Assembly (NCBI GenBank): GCA_044892525.1
Contig: CM097888.1
Location: forward strand, 46,252,001-46,316,000
DNA from: Schmidtea polychroa
Lineage: Eukaryota
DNA: 64,000 nucleotides
Direction of reading: 5' to 3'
Position 1 is the stretch's first letter. The number at the start of each line of letters is the position of its first letter. Both the position numbers and the translations under genes were made by a program. The notes beneath the pieces are model-generated. The model made no database searches. It saw nothing but the letters and a program-made list of their open reading frames with translations, and had not been told where the DNA came from. Of this stretch, positions 28,848 through 40,818 are shown piece after piece.

Positions 28848-29849
28848 ATGATATTAATGATAATCATGCTCACCATGATAGAGTTAGTAACAGCTCATGG
28901 AGGGACGAGAACGATAAAAGAAACCAAAGAAGCGGAGAATCAAGACAGCAAAGAGGATGAGCTAAAACAAGAAAAGAAAAAGCAAGCACAAGAGCAGCAG
29001 TGGGAATTAAAGGAGGAATGGGACTTAAAGGAAAGGTGCATACTAGGAAGATGCATGTCTAGAGCGTATCAGAAACTAGTACTGATAAATGAGGACACAG
29101 AACCAATAACAGAAGTAAGAATACAAGAAGCATACCGAAATCGATACGGGAAGAGAATAACGAACGTTAAAGGAAAAGAGGTACACCTAGGAAAAGGTGG
29201 TGAAGTAGTAATAACGCAACTCCAACCTAGAAAAGAGCACAAAGTCTGTATTTCAAGATTAGGACCAGGTGAGAAATGCCATCAATACGTGACGCAGCAG
29301 CAGCCGCCGAAAGAATACACGGTTTGTATCTGGAGGAACGAATCAAAAAGGGAATGTCGACGATACCCGGGGAAAAGAGGAAAGAAAAGAAAAAACAACG
29401 ACGAAAAGGACGAAGGCGGAAAGCACAAGAAAACCGGTGAGGAAGCTCAGGACAACTATGTTTCGGAGGAAGAGATGGAAAAAATACAAAAGATGGCAAA
29501 GGAGGGTATGAACGAGGAAATAGCAAGAATACGAGAGATGATGAAAGGAAATGGCAAAAGAAGGAACGAGAAAAGTACAGAAGCAATAGTAACATTAACA
29601 AACAAGGAGAAACCAGAAAATATAAGCGTGAGGCAGATGATGTGGATTAGTGGGATAATAATAACAGGAGCCTTCCTAATCATAACGGGGGGAACAATAA
29701 AAATAATTAAAGATAAACGACATCGCGGAGAACTAGAGATGACCCGAATCAGAAATTTCCAACATCGAGTGAAACGACCAAGTGATACCAAACAAGAACA
29801 GTGGGTGGAGGCCTGGAACGCTCAGCGCCCTCCAAACTCACGTATATAG
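28848..29849 (+). CDS. Copy of the type I membrane protein
   Basis: Identical to 2667..3668. Confidence 0.75.
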   Translation: MILMIIMLTMIELVTAHGGTRTIKETKEAENQDSKEDELKQEKKKQAQEQQWELKEEWDLKERCILGRCMSRAYQKLVLINEDTEPITEVRIQEAYRNRYGKRITNVKGKEVHLGKGGEVVITQLQPRKEHKVCISRLGPGEKCHQYVTQQQPPKEYTVCIWRNESKRECRRYPGKRGKKRKNNDEKDEGGKHKKTGEEAQDNYVSEEEMEKIQKMAKEGMNEEIARIREMMKGNGKRRNEKSTEAIVTLTNKEKPENISVRQMMWISGIIITGAFLIITGGTIKIIKDKRHRGELEMTRIRNFQHRVKRPSDTKQEQWVEAWNAQRPPNSRI

Positions 29850-30009
29850 AAAGGAATATGACTGTATATAATTGTAAAAAGTAAGTATATCTTATGTATA
29901 TAATAGCACTATATCCTTATATAAGCGCGGTATTAATATTATACAATAACGGGAACCATAAAATAAAATTAACTTTAAATAAGAGTTGAAAAGTGTATAT
30001 AAATTAAGA

Positions 30010-30369
30010 ATGGATCAAGGAAATAACGAAATGAACCACAATACAGTAACTGAAGAATTATGGAAGCAACAATGTGCCGTATTAGCACAATTAGTGTCCA
30101 ATTTGCAAGAACAAGGATTGACGATGCACAGAAACCTAATCGAGAGTATGAATAGAGGATTTAGTTATTTGAAGATAATTGAAGACCAGAGGATGAAAAT
30201 CGAACAAATGCAAAGAGAGATAGAGAGGATAACCCAATATAGCCGTAGACAGGAAATTGAACTAAACAGAATGATGGAGGAAGCAGAACAGACAGAAATA
30301 GAAGACTGGTCGGACTGGCTAATGAATAGAGAGGAGAGCGGACACGAAGCCGACTCTTCCGAACCCTAA
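30010..30369 (+). CDS. Copy of the 119-aa coiled-coil protein
   Basis: Identical to 3829..4188. Confidence 0.65.
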   Translation: MDQGNNEMNHNTVTEELWKQQCAVLAQLVSNLQEQGLTMHRNLIESMNRGFSYLKIIEDQRMKIEQMQREIERITQYSRRQEIELNRMMEEAEQTEIEDWSDWLMNREESGHEADSSEP

Positions 30370-30454
30370 ACCAAACCTAGCTTAAAATGTAAATAATTGT
30401 AAATAAAATATCGAACCTGTATCGATAAGGACTATATGTACATATAATTATAGA

Positions 30455-31843
30455 ATGGATAAACGACAAAGAGAAGAGTTCAGAGAGATTGTCGAGCAAA
30501 TACGAAAATCTACAACGATCAGAATACACAAACATGTTATGTGCGGAATATGTGAAAAGTTGTTAAAGGAACCTCACCAAACTCAATGTGGATGCAGAGT
30601 ATGTAAGGAATGTATCAGTGAAGCAATAAAGAATAGACCACAGCGGTGCCCGGTGTGTAAAGAGACACTAATATCGAGTTTAGAAGACACTAACGAGGAT
30701 AAAGCCGCAGTGAAAGATATGTTAAACACCAACCTGGGATGCAAAAATGCCCCATGCGAATGGAAAGGAGTAATCTGGAAGGTAGTACAACATATGGGAG
30801 AATGTATGTACAGAATTGGCCAGTGTGAAAGGTGCCATAAAACCATTCGAGCAAGCGAAGAAAAAGAGCATCAAAGGCAGTGTGAAGAGAGATTGGAAAG
30901 ATGTGAACATTGTGGAGAAATAGACACGTGGAAAAATCTCACCCTCAAACATCACAATGTCCAAGAGGAGAAAGTATGTGCAGAATTCAGTGGGGAATGC
31001 CCAAACGGATGTAACCAAGGGGAAATAATGAAAGTGGCACAGCATCTAAGGGAATGTGAAAGGAAAAGAATGACATGTGTACTAGGTAAATGGGGTTGTC
31101 AGAAACTACTACACCGAGGGGAGTTACCACATCATTTAGTAGAAAATGCTTCAACCCACGCAGAAATGTGGTCGACTGCGTTACAAGAAAGCGAAGAGAA
31201 AATAAAACAAATGGAGATAGAGATAACATCGTTGAAAGTGTTAGTCAAAGAACTACTAGAAGAAAGGGAAGCGTTCGAAGAAGCCCGAGCAAACATAAAG
31301 ATGCAAATAAACCGAATAGAAATCAGTAATAATCAGGCCAAGGAGCTACATCAGAAAATACGGGAAATAAATCTAAATGAAGTAATACCAACAGCACCCT
31401 ACATATGGAAAATAACGGGAGTAAAAGAAAGAATACGAAAAGCAAAAACCGGAGAAGAGACAAGAATAACAAGTCCTGCATTCCATTCTTGGAAAAATGG
31501 GTACAAAATGAAAATGAAGATATATCCCAACGGGGACGGAACCGGATTAGATACGCACTTTTCGATTTTCTTTCTGTTATGTAAAGGGGAATACGACGAA
31601 ATAATAGAGTGGCCGTTCCAGGCAAAAATCGATATTGCACTAATGAATGACCGAAGCATCCACGAACAAAGCTTCAAGACAACTGGAAACCAAATGTGTT
31701 ACCAGAGACCTACGGAAGAAGAAGGATCAGCAACAGGAGCACCTACGTTCATCCTACAACAAAAAGTAGAAGATATGGCAAGAAATGACACGGTGTATAT
31801 CAAGATGACCGTGAGGAAAGAGGAGAAGGGTAGAACGGAGTAA
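30455..31843 (+). CDS. Copy of the TRAF-family protein
   Basis: Identical to 4274..5662. Confidence 0.95.
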   Translation: MDKRQREEFREIVEQIRKSTTIRIHKHVMCGICEKLLKEPHQTQCGCRVCKECISEAIKNRPQRCPVCKETLISSLEDTNEDKAAVKDMLNTNLGCKNAPCEWKGVIWKVVQHMGECMYRIGQCERCHKTIRASEEKEHQRQCEERLERCEHCGEIDTWKNLTLKHHNVQEEKVCAEFSGECPNGCNQGEIMKVAQHLRECERKRMTCVLGKWGCQKLLHRGELPHHLVENASTHAEMWSTALQESEEKIKQMEIEITSLKVLVKELLEEREAFEEARANIKMQINRIEISNNQAKELHQKIREINLNEVIPTAPYIWKITGVKERIRKAKTGEETRITSPAFHSWKNGYKMKMKIYPNGDGTGLDTHFSIFFLLCKGEYDEIIEWPFQAKIDIALMNDRSIHEQSFKTTGNQMCYQRPTEEEGSATGAPTFILQQKVEDMARNDTVYIKMTVRKEEKGRTE

Positions 31844-32036
31844 CCAATCGAATAATGTTGTACATAATAATCTGTATATATCGGTGTATATAACCAATAA
31901 AATATTATATAATAATAGTATGAAAACCCTAAATACGAAAACCCAAAAATGATGCGAAAATTCCCAAAGAAACAGTAGATAATGAATAAATTACTTTTTC
32001 ATAATAAAAAGATTAATCGATGTCTATGATTTAGAG

Positions 32037-33092
32037 ATGACACAAGAGAAACTAACCGAAACAGCGATAGCCCCAACCAATGTCAACAAGACACAAATTC
32101 CCCGAGAACATAACAAAAAATGGAACAAAGTAATGTCCCAACTAACTAATCTCACCCGAAATCACATCGAAGAAGCTAGAGAGGATGAGAATAGTCAATA
32201 CCAATGGTTAATACACAACTTAAGAGCGGAAGCAGATGCATGCAAAAGAGCATCAAAATGGGCGTCACTAGAAAATACCCGCCAAGAAGCACACAGCCAC
32301 TACTTAAAGCAGCTAGTGCAGGAAGCGAGAAAGAGACTTACCGATGAGAACACCAAGCGCGAAGCGGAAAAACAAATAGAAGAAAGGAAAATGATGCACT
32401 TAGTGGCAGAAGCGAGAAAATGGAAAAGACAAAGCAATGAAATGAAAAAAGAGATGAAAGAATTGCCCATGAGACTCGGATATGAGAGCGAACAGGGCAA
32501 ATGGGAGGAGAACTTAATAATAAAGGAAGAATTGAAACGGTTGAGAAAGGTCGCCGCCCGAAGTCAAACCTGGCAAACAAAGGCTATGGAATTTGAGCGA
32601 CATTTGGCAATAAAATGCGACATAAGAGAGCACGAGAATGCCGCAATGGAAGAGATGATAACCCAACAAGCAGGACGGATTGTGGAATTAGTAAATCAGG
32701 TCGAAGAGATGAAAAGAGACCTTAATGGATTACAAGGATCGTTAGAACAAAGAAACATGGTCCTAGCGGGAAAAAACAGAAAATTAGAAAACGAGAGGAA
32801 AATGTATACCGAAAATATCAAAAACTTGGAAATAGAAATTGAAAAATGGAAGGGCGACGAGAAAATCAAGGCCTTAGATAGACAAGTAGAGGCGAAAGAC
32901 GAAGAGACAAGGTATCTCACTTATCTGCTCGACGAAGAGCTGAATAACACTCGAGCTCTAAGAGACGAAGTTAGTGAATTGAGAGCTCAAATCCCCCAAT
33001 ATTACCTACCCTATGACCCTATTGCGATACAGCTGCATCCAGCGGTCGATAGTGACGAAGGTTATGTGGGACAGGAGGAAACCTTCGTATAA
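32037..33092 (+). CDS. Copy of the 351-aa coiled-coil protein
   Basis: Identical to 5856..6911. Confidence 0.75.
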   Translation: MTQEKLTETAIAPTNVNKTQIPREHNKKWNKVMSQLTNLTRNHIEEAREDENSQYQWLIHNLRAEADACKRASKWASLENTRQEAHSHYLKQLVQEARKRLTDENTKREAEKQIEERKMMHLVAEARKWKRQSNEMKKEMKELPMRLGYESEQGKWEENLIIKEELKRLRKVAARSQTWQTKAMEFERHLAIKCDIREHENAAMEEMITQQAGRIVELVNQVEEMKRDLNGLQGSLEQRNMVLAGKNRKLENERKMYTENIKNLEIEIEKWKGDEKIKALDRQVEAKDEETRYLTYLLDEELNNTRALRDEVSELRAQIPQYYLPYDPIAIQLHPAVDSDEGYVGQEETFV

Positions 33093-33205
33093 GGGTGAAT
33101 AAAAAGATAAAAACAAAAATCGGGACGTATATCCCAAACAAAAAAATTAAAGTATTGTAAAAGTATTCAAGGGACTGTAACCCGAACTATTAAAATTTTA
33201 TATAA

Positions 33206-33967
33206 ATGCATAAGTATAAGTCGCACTATAGCGCACCATTAACTGTACATATTACAGATATGAAAATCGAGGAAATAATAGAAATTACGAGCGACGTGGA
33301 AGAGGGAGAGATTGAGGCAGAAACAACAGAAACACAAACGTTAAAGGCCAAGTTACGGGAAGAGAGGGACGAAAACGAGAGACTAGTAAACAATTATATA
33401 GAAGACCGAAAAATGATTAAAATACTAAAGAAGGAGTGCGAAGCGTTAGGAGAAATAAAGAGAGAAGCTGAAGAGAAGAATGAATGGTTGCAAGAACAAC
33501 GAACACGAGGAAGAAACTGGGAAAAGATTGCAGAGGAACTATGGCAAGAGAGGGCAAGCTTCAAGGCAGAAGAAGTAATCCAAGATTATTGGAAAACAGA
33601 GGCGAAAGAACACCAAATAACTATAAATAAATTAAATCGACAATTGGAGGAAAAACAACGAGAAAGTGAGGAAATGAAGAAATGGATTCGCAAGTACCAA
33701 GAGATCGAGAGAAAACAACAACAACAACAACAACGAAACCTTTCGCAGGAAAACGAACAAGATTTCCTACAAATCGAACTAAAAAGGAATCTCGACAAAA
33801 AACGGGAAGAAATTAAGAGACTGAAAAAGGAGATAAGGCACATGAAAAGGGAGGCCCGTGAAAAGAACAGACAGTTGGAAATGCTGCCCGAGTTAAGACA
33901 CAGAGTCATTAAAGCGGAATCCACCCTGATGAGAATCGCCGAAAATAACCCAAACCAGAATCATTAA
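33206..33967 (+). CDS. Copy of the 253-aa coiled-coil protein
   Basis: Identical to 7025..7786. Confidence 0.72.
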   Translation: MHKYKSHYSAPLTVHITDMKIEEIIEITSDVEEGEIEAETTETQTLKAKLREERDENERLVNNYIEDRKMIKILKKECEALGEIKREAEEKNEWLQEQRTRGRNWEKIAEELWQERASFKAEEVIQDYWKTEAKEHQITINKLNRQLEEKQRESEEMKKWIRKYQEIERKQQQQQQRNLSQENEQDFLQIELKRNLDKKREEIKRLKKEIRHMKREAREKNRQLEMLPELRHRVIKAESTLMRIAENNPNQNH

Positions 33968-34023
33968 ATTAAGGGTCACTAAAACCAATTGTAAATAAAC
34001 CATAATGAATGTATAATAGTATC

Positions 34024-34578
34024 ATGCGAGGCGAGATGATGATAACAATGACGGTATTGATGATTCTGACGGAGAACAAACAAGTAAACGCCCAACCGAA
34101 AATCGTACGAGATTACCGAAATCAAAATCAAGAACCTAAATGAGAATCCGGCCAATGCACATACCCTATGACAGTAAAAATCCATATCATCCAAACCATT
34201 CAATCAACCCGATAACACATCAACAACATCCAAACAATGTGTAAAAAGAATCCCATTTGTAAAATGATAAACAAACAAATCCTCGAACAAATCCAACAAT
34301 TCGACCAGTTGGAACAACAAATGCAACAAGAGAATTTTGAAAATCTTGTAGAAAAGCCAAAAACACCTCCCGAAATCAATGACACCCATTATCTCATATA
34401 TGTGGTGATCGCAGAAACCCTCCTCCTATGTCTACCAATAATCATGAAGATTTACGAAGTTAGAAATAAATGTAGAATCTCGACATCAATAAGAGTAACC
34501 TCGAACAGAAATCCTCAAGAAATGCCACTGACAAATCCTAACCCAACCCCAGTCCGACCTCGAATCCCGAGTAATTAA
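34024..34578 (+). pseudogene. Copy of the stop-interrupted membrane protein frame
   Basis: Identical to 7843..8397. Confidence 0.55.
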
Positions 34579-34901
34579 CCAATCCAGCCGAATTCTAACA
34601 GTCAGACCTATCTCAACATCAATACCCAAACCAACCAACAACCGCCAGCAGAAGCATCAAATGGTTAACAGTTCATAAACTCCAACTCAAATATTGGTGT
34701 TATCATATGTAGAAACTTTTATTGTATATACAAACTATCACCTTAAGTGATACTTGCTTGGTCTTGTTTTGACCTATATCTTAGAATAAAATTGTTTTTG
34801 TTATTGTAGTATAATTATTTCGATATATCCTTTTTATGAATGCCTGAAGTAAGATAACTATGCAATTGCGGGACGCAATTTTGATGGGTCCCCGAGTGAT
34901 T

Positions 34902-37900
34902 TGTTGGGCTGAGTCGAAGGGTAGTTGGGAATTAGGGAAACTGAACTAAAATAAAATAAAAAATAAAAACAAATAAATTGACAAATAAAATAGAATAAAA
35001 CATAAGAAAAACAATAATTAGAAAATAAGAATTAAAACAAAAATATAAAGATGAGAAAAATTAAAATAAGACAATAGAATGACAGAAAACAACGTAAAAT
35101 ATAGTAAATACTAAGAAAATTAAGGAAAATAAATAAAAACATAATTTTAATAAAGAAAGTAAGAAGAAATAACTCGAAAACAAAGAAAATAAATTAAATT
35201 AATAAAATTAAGCGGTACTCAATTCTAATTGGTCCGCGCAAACAAAAAATTAATATATAAGCAGGCATTAAAAACATAACAATTACTGTTAATCAAACCA
35301 CCTCAATAGGTAAGTGAAATTTAAATAACTGTGACGGTTAATCAAACCCACCTCAATAGGTAAATCTATTCTACGACGGAACAGAACTCCAGCAACTAAC
35401 GCACGATAACTCACGAGGACAATTCCAAGATTCAAAAGATTTTTACAGAACTAGACGACACTCGAGCATTAACTGATTCGACATAGTACCCTTTTCGACT
35501 CAGCCCATACTTGTATCAATCATTCGGTAAGGATTTTTGATTGCTTATTTTGGATTTTTAAGTAATGCGTATAGTTCAATAATATTCTTAATTTAAAAAA
35601 TGGTTTTTCTTTTCGTTTGATGTTAGAATGCTTTATTTAAATTAATAATTTGCTTAATAATAAATGATTTGCTCGTTCAGAATTATCGATCTTTTATGAA
35701 TTAATTTTTATGAATTATTATTGGAGACCATTCAATTTGGCGAGAAACGTGGCGTTGAGATACTCTATGTCATGGTGTGAGGTGCCTTCGGGAGCTCCAC
35801 CGGTGGACATAGGGTATTTCAATCACGCAGCTAGATTGGGCCGAAATGTGAGGGCTTCTTCACGGGTCCAATCGCTGAAGGTGCGACTAAAATCTATAGG
35901 TAAATGGGAGCCGAAATTGATAGTCATGTAGTGATTGAAAACAAAGATATGTAATAAAGGAATCGGAAAATTTTGATATATTCGCGTAGTGATTGAGGGT
36001 GTCACACTATCGTCTTCGAATATCGGTTTTGCTAAGCCTAAATTTTCTCTATCATCAATGTAAGTCGTGTGTCAAAAATTGTTCAAACCTTAGTGAGGCT
36101 ATCTGTGACATATCTTCGATGTTCATACTTTTCACTCAGAATCTGTTCCGACCAATTTTTAGCCTATGACCTTCGGAACTGTTATTCCGTTCATCTAAAA
36201 GTTCTCTTAAAGACATAGTTGCCAGGAAGTCAAAGTAGATTGCTTCATACAAGTATTAGGTTTACTCGAAATGACTGCTTGTAAATAAAGAGTAGAATCA
36301 GGTAAAATGATTTAATCCAAATAGTTATTCAGAATTGCATAAAACGAGTTCGTTCCAAATAAAAGTTTAAATTACATAAAATGATTCGCTATCATAATTT
36401 TTTAGAATTTTATATAAAAGGAGTTACATACAATTAATTATCATAATCACATAAACTATTGGCATCAAATAATTTAAAATTGAAAAATGCAACCAATGCG
36501 AGCCACGAAAAATATATTTCTTCAAGTTAGCCGATGATCTTGTTAATTAAATATAAAATTCCAGTATTTCGTGGGGTTGGCAATCCAGCAGGGATAGGTA
36601 GAAATCCTCCAGCACTTAGAGAGTAGATCGATAAACTAGGTTTGAGGAATTAAAGACGAAAAATCCACCCTTGGAGCAAGCTATATCCAACATTTGCAAT
36701 ACAGATAATTATAATTTTTCCAATAATCCGGTGAGAATTAGTAAATCAGCGCCATATGCAGGAGAATTGTGAGTGATTACGCGATAGATAAAATTCTGAG
36801 AAAATGACATCTTGCAAACATTTAACACCTACAATTGTAGTATAATTAAGTGTGTGACAGCACACCCTGCATGCGTCAGCAGTTACAGACTCACCTAGTG
36901 GCCAAGTACAGTGGGCAAAGTCACACACGCCTCTACTCAGGAAAAATCCGACGAACATACCAGATGGAATTTCTATTAACCAATTAGACTACCGACAGGT
37001 ATCATATTTCACCGCTCCGGATTAATAGTCAACCACCGGGCTGACATTTCCTTATCTACCTAGCAGGAATGGTCGGCTACTAGCTCACATTGATACTGTG
37101 CTCAGTTATCATAAAGACAATATTTTTTTTTTGTGCTAAACCCGATCGTAATTATGATTATTCTCTCTTTATTATCGTAGAATGAATGGCACGGAAATTA
37201 TGTCATTTTTGACATAATTATCATTAATATTAATGTCGAATATTATTAATAAATAATATTTAAACCAGGCAAAACACATGTGAATAATTAGAGAGAATGA
37301 ATAAATAATTAAAAATTTAAATAGCCTTCCGTTTATCCTGTAGGAATTAATCAACAGACATTATGGACCCCTTTTCCATAGATAGTCACTCGACCCCAGT
37401 ACATGATACCCTCATCAAAATCACTCGTACGGGGGGAGAAGTCAACAAGGTAACTCGATTCTCGGTAAACGTGAAATAATGACTTCAAGCGGATTGACTA
37501 AATAATCAATTTTCGTCGATCTAGAATTCCTCTCACTAATAGTATTACCTTCCTTTCCGTGTACGGAATCTGGTTTGATCGATTTATCTTCTTATAATCA
37601 AAGACCCAAAAGGTATGAGAATCCATCGTGCAGTAGTACTTGTCTTGACTGGTAAACTCATATTTTTGTCTATGATCAGTAAAGTATGAATGGGGTCAGA
37701 TGGTGACACTCCCGTTGAGTTAATTATTTTCATTTTTCATTTTTTTTCACAGTCACTCAAAAATGTTGCCAAATTCCAAGACCGTTCTTCGACCTTGTTT
37801 TTCTTGCTCCGACAAGAATTCAATTATCAAAGAGCTCCAGGCCCAAATCGGAAAGCACAAAAGAAGGATAGATGAGTTGGAGGGGACATGGTTTAGTCCC

Positions 37901-39074
37901 ACCCAGATGAAGGAGGCTCAGAAGAAGCTGCATCGAAGCGAGCACTGTAGAGACGCGTTGATTTCCGAGAGTCGGGCGCAGAGGAGCCTGATAAAAGAGC
38001 AGTCGGAGGCGCTGCACAAATTATACGTTGCAGCAGCTACAAGGAGGATCGCGAAGATCCCAATTAATGAAGCCAGTAATCTTTTCCCAGCACATCATGA
38101 TATCTCTGGCGGATCTTCTTCTCCAGTCGGAAAGTCCTGCCATGGGTGCGTAGAGACCGAGCTCTCACCTAAAGAACCAGAAATCATCTTTACCGGAACC
38201 AGTAAAGCGTTACCTGTGATGGCATCTACCTCTGCAGCACCCCCGACCAATCCAACGGCATCGAAGCCAAAGCGTCGGCAATTATCGAGAGCCGAACGCA
38301 AAAGGAAACAGCGGGAACGCGTAACCGCCAAACAGAACCAGCAATCGTCGGATCATCTAATCAAAGTCATCAACCCTCCTGCAGTAATCGATTTAGCATC
38401 AGTGATCTCAGGGCGAATCATCTCCGCCGCTGGGGTTTCCTGGGAGGAAAATGCCTCTGAATTTTTCGACTTGGAAGATCTGTTGGCAGACTCAGAGTGG
38501 GAGAAATGAGAACTTCTCCGTAACAAGTCTTCGTTCACTGAAATGACCCGAACATTGTCGGATAACATTTTTACCTTTGTTTCTTTTCCTGTGGTCGTAA
38601 CTTTTATTGTATAGGTGTTAGGTATATTTGTGTGATAATCTTAATAATAAACCATTTTGTCTGCATACGTTTCCTTTTGTGTTCATCCTAGGACAGTTGA
38701 GTTGAAATTGGTGAAGGGTATTGAGAGTCATAAAACTAGGAGGAGCATTAGTCAGTTGGCAAACTCAGCTAGAAACATTGCGATGGGGCGACGGAATGAG
38801 TAGACGTAAGTCCTTCTATCGGCAGTCAGGGTTGGGAAGTCGAGGCCCCAGTAAGGAGTAGTCCGGAGGAGCTGGTTCACCTGCTTACTGGCGTCTCGCC
38901 GGCATAGCACAGTTCCAACGTGAAGCAATTCACGGGTGCTATGTTGGAGTGTAAGTTATGTACGGGTCCCGCTCGGCGATGACCAAATAAATGATGGGCG
39001 AAATCGAGGTGGCATTCATCCTCTAGACTAAAGTTGCACTAGAAAGGGGTCATCCGAGTAGTGTACCCGCAACA
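34902..39074 (+). repeat. Second copy of the putative LTR
   Basis: TGTTGGG at 34902 and CCCGCAACA ending at 39074. Confidence 0.6.
37763..38509 (+). CDS. Copy of the 248-aa LTR ORF
   Basis: Identical to 11582..12328. Confidence 0.8.
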   Translation: MLPNSKTVLRPCFSCSDKNSIIKELQAQIGKHKRRIDELEGTWFSPTQMKEAQKKLHRSEHCRDALISESRAQRSLIKEQSEALHKLYVAAATRRIAKIPINEASNLFPAHHDISGGSSSPVGKSCHGCVETELSPKEPEIIFTGTSKALPVMASTSAAPPTNPTASKPKRRQLSRAERKRKQRERVTAKQNQQSSDHLIKVINPPAVIDLASVISGRIISAAGVSWEENASEFFDLEDLLADSEWEK

Positions 39075-39081
39075 TAATTTT

Positions 39082-39099
39082 TGGGGGCTCAGCCGGGAT
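39082..39099 (+). promoter_or_regulatory. Primer-binding site, tRNA-Pro (second copy)
   Basis: TGGGGGCTCAGCCGGGAT. Confidence 0.9.
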
Positions 39100-39397
39100 A
39101 TAGATTGAAATTTCCATTGGTCAGTGTAAACTGGATAAGGATGTTATTGAGTGAATTTCTGTCGAATAGAGTGAACTCACCGGGGTAAGTGATTCCAATG
39201 GGTTAGCGAGTGCAAATTGACTAATGCTTATCGAATCTTATTATAAATCACGAATAGAAAATAATAAAATTAAAAATATAAATAAAGCAAATTTAATGAT
39301 GGAGAAATAAGATAAAAGTAAAATAACGATAACGAGTTAGATAAGAGAATGTCCGACGAAACGAAGTCATATACTACTGAAACATTTTTTTTTAGAC

Positions 39398-39883
39398 ATG
39401 ACGGAATTCAATGATCAGATACAACAACTAATCAACTTCATAAACATCGAGAATGACTCCCTTAAAACGCTGACACAAAAGAGAGAAAGAATTAACATCA
39501 TACTACTCCAAGCAATCGGGCAAACACCAGCCGTCCCCAACCACATGTTATTAGCCACAGGACTAAGTCACCCAGATGGGAAGGTAAACCCGGAAACCGT
39601 GTACCAATGGTATCAAGAGAGATTGAACCACCCAGCATTAAATCTTGATTATCAACGTATAAAAGATCCCTTAAATACCATATCAGATACAATCGAGCGG
39701 AAAATACAAGAAAAACTGACTCTACTACGAACTTGCCTTGCTTGTAAACTTCGTCCTATTCGCGTACTGTTTTTGCCGTGTGGACACCTCAGTCACTGCG
39801 AAGAATGCGGGAACGAGCTAACAAGATGCACGATATGTAAGCACGAGATAAAAGAAACTCATATGGTCTACTATGGTGAATGA
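39398..39883 (+). CDS. Copy of the RING-finger protein
   Basis: Identical to 13217..13702. Confidence 0.85.
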   Translation: MTEFNDQIQQLINFINIENDSLKTLTQKRERINIILLQAIGQTPAVPNHMLLATGLSHPDGKVNPETVYQWYQERLNHPALNLDYQRIKDPLNTISDTIERKIQEKLTLLRTCLACKLRPIRVLFLPCGHLSHCEECGNELTRCTICKHEIKETHMVYYGE

Positions 39884-40519
39884 ATAGTGAAAGATACAGT
39901 AACATCTAGGAACATTGAATTTACACGGCTATTGAATGAGAATAAGTGTAATTGATGTGTGAAAATTGATTAAAGTTTTAATTTTTATTTTTTATGGTGA
40001 ATAAATTTTTGTTATGAACTGAGTAATTATGGCTTTTAATCCTATTTTATAATTGTTTTTTGAATCAAACGAAAAGAAAACCGAACTAACGTGGAATTAG
40101 TCCCAATATAGGCTGTAAGGGTACAAACCGAGCCACCTTAGGGCGGTACGTTCTATCATACGATAAAACCAATTGGGAGGGGATAACCGATCAACCTAAG
40201 TGAGGAGCGTAGGGCGGGGTACCATCGCAAATGATGAGAAGTTTCTGCGGCATGACTGATCACCATGCCAATGTAGAAATGGATCATCGCGATCGTCGTG
40301 CGTTTTGAGCAAGGGGGGAAAGGGGACACACTCCCGTGCGGTAAAGATTAAGCCAACAAATTAAAAATAGACAGAGAAAATGGTAATCTTGAGTAAAAGA
40401 AGAAAGAGAGAAGTAGAAGGATGCAGAGTAAAGAATGTTAAAGCCGAGCTGTAAAATAGTCCAGCCGGTCAAGGGAAACGAAAACTGAGCTGTGAAAAGT
40501 CCAGCCAGTTCGGAGATAT

Positions 40520-40818
40520 TAAGATCGAGTTGTTGAATAGTCCAACCGATCAGAAGGAGGAAGATTGAGCTGTTGAATAGTGCCAGCCAGTCGTAAGATC
40601 GAGTTGTTGAATAGTCCAACCGATCAGAAGGAGGAAGATTGAGCTGTTGAATAGTGCCAGCCAGTCGTAAGATCGAGTTGTTGAATAGTCCAACCGATCA
40701 GAAGGAGGAAGATTGAGCTGTTGAATAGTGCCAGCCAGTCGTAAGATCGAGTTGTTGAATAGTCCAACCGATCAGAAGGAAGAAGATTGAGCTGTTGAAT
40801 AGTGCCAGCCAGTCGTAA
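40520..40818 (+). repeat. Copy of the 4 x 74-bp tandem repeat
   Basis: Identical to 14339..14637. Confidence 0.95.

Larger units (their letters stand above)
8721..39074 (+). mobile_element. Giant (~30.4 kb) Ty3/gypsy-type LTR retrotransposon / endogenous retrovirus-like element, complete LTR-to-LTR copy
   Basis: Gag-PR-RT-RH-IN order in one ORF, a PBS after the CAACA LTR end, and identical putative LTRs at 8721-12893 and 34902-39074. The right boundary is firm (PBS). The left boundary is inferred from TGTTG/CAACA termini. Confidence 0.9.
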
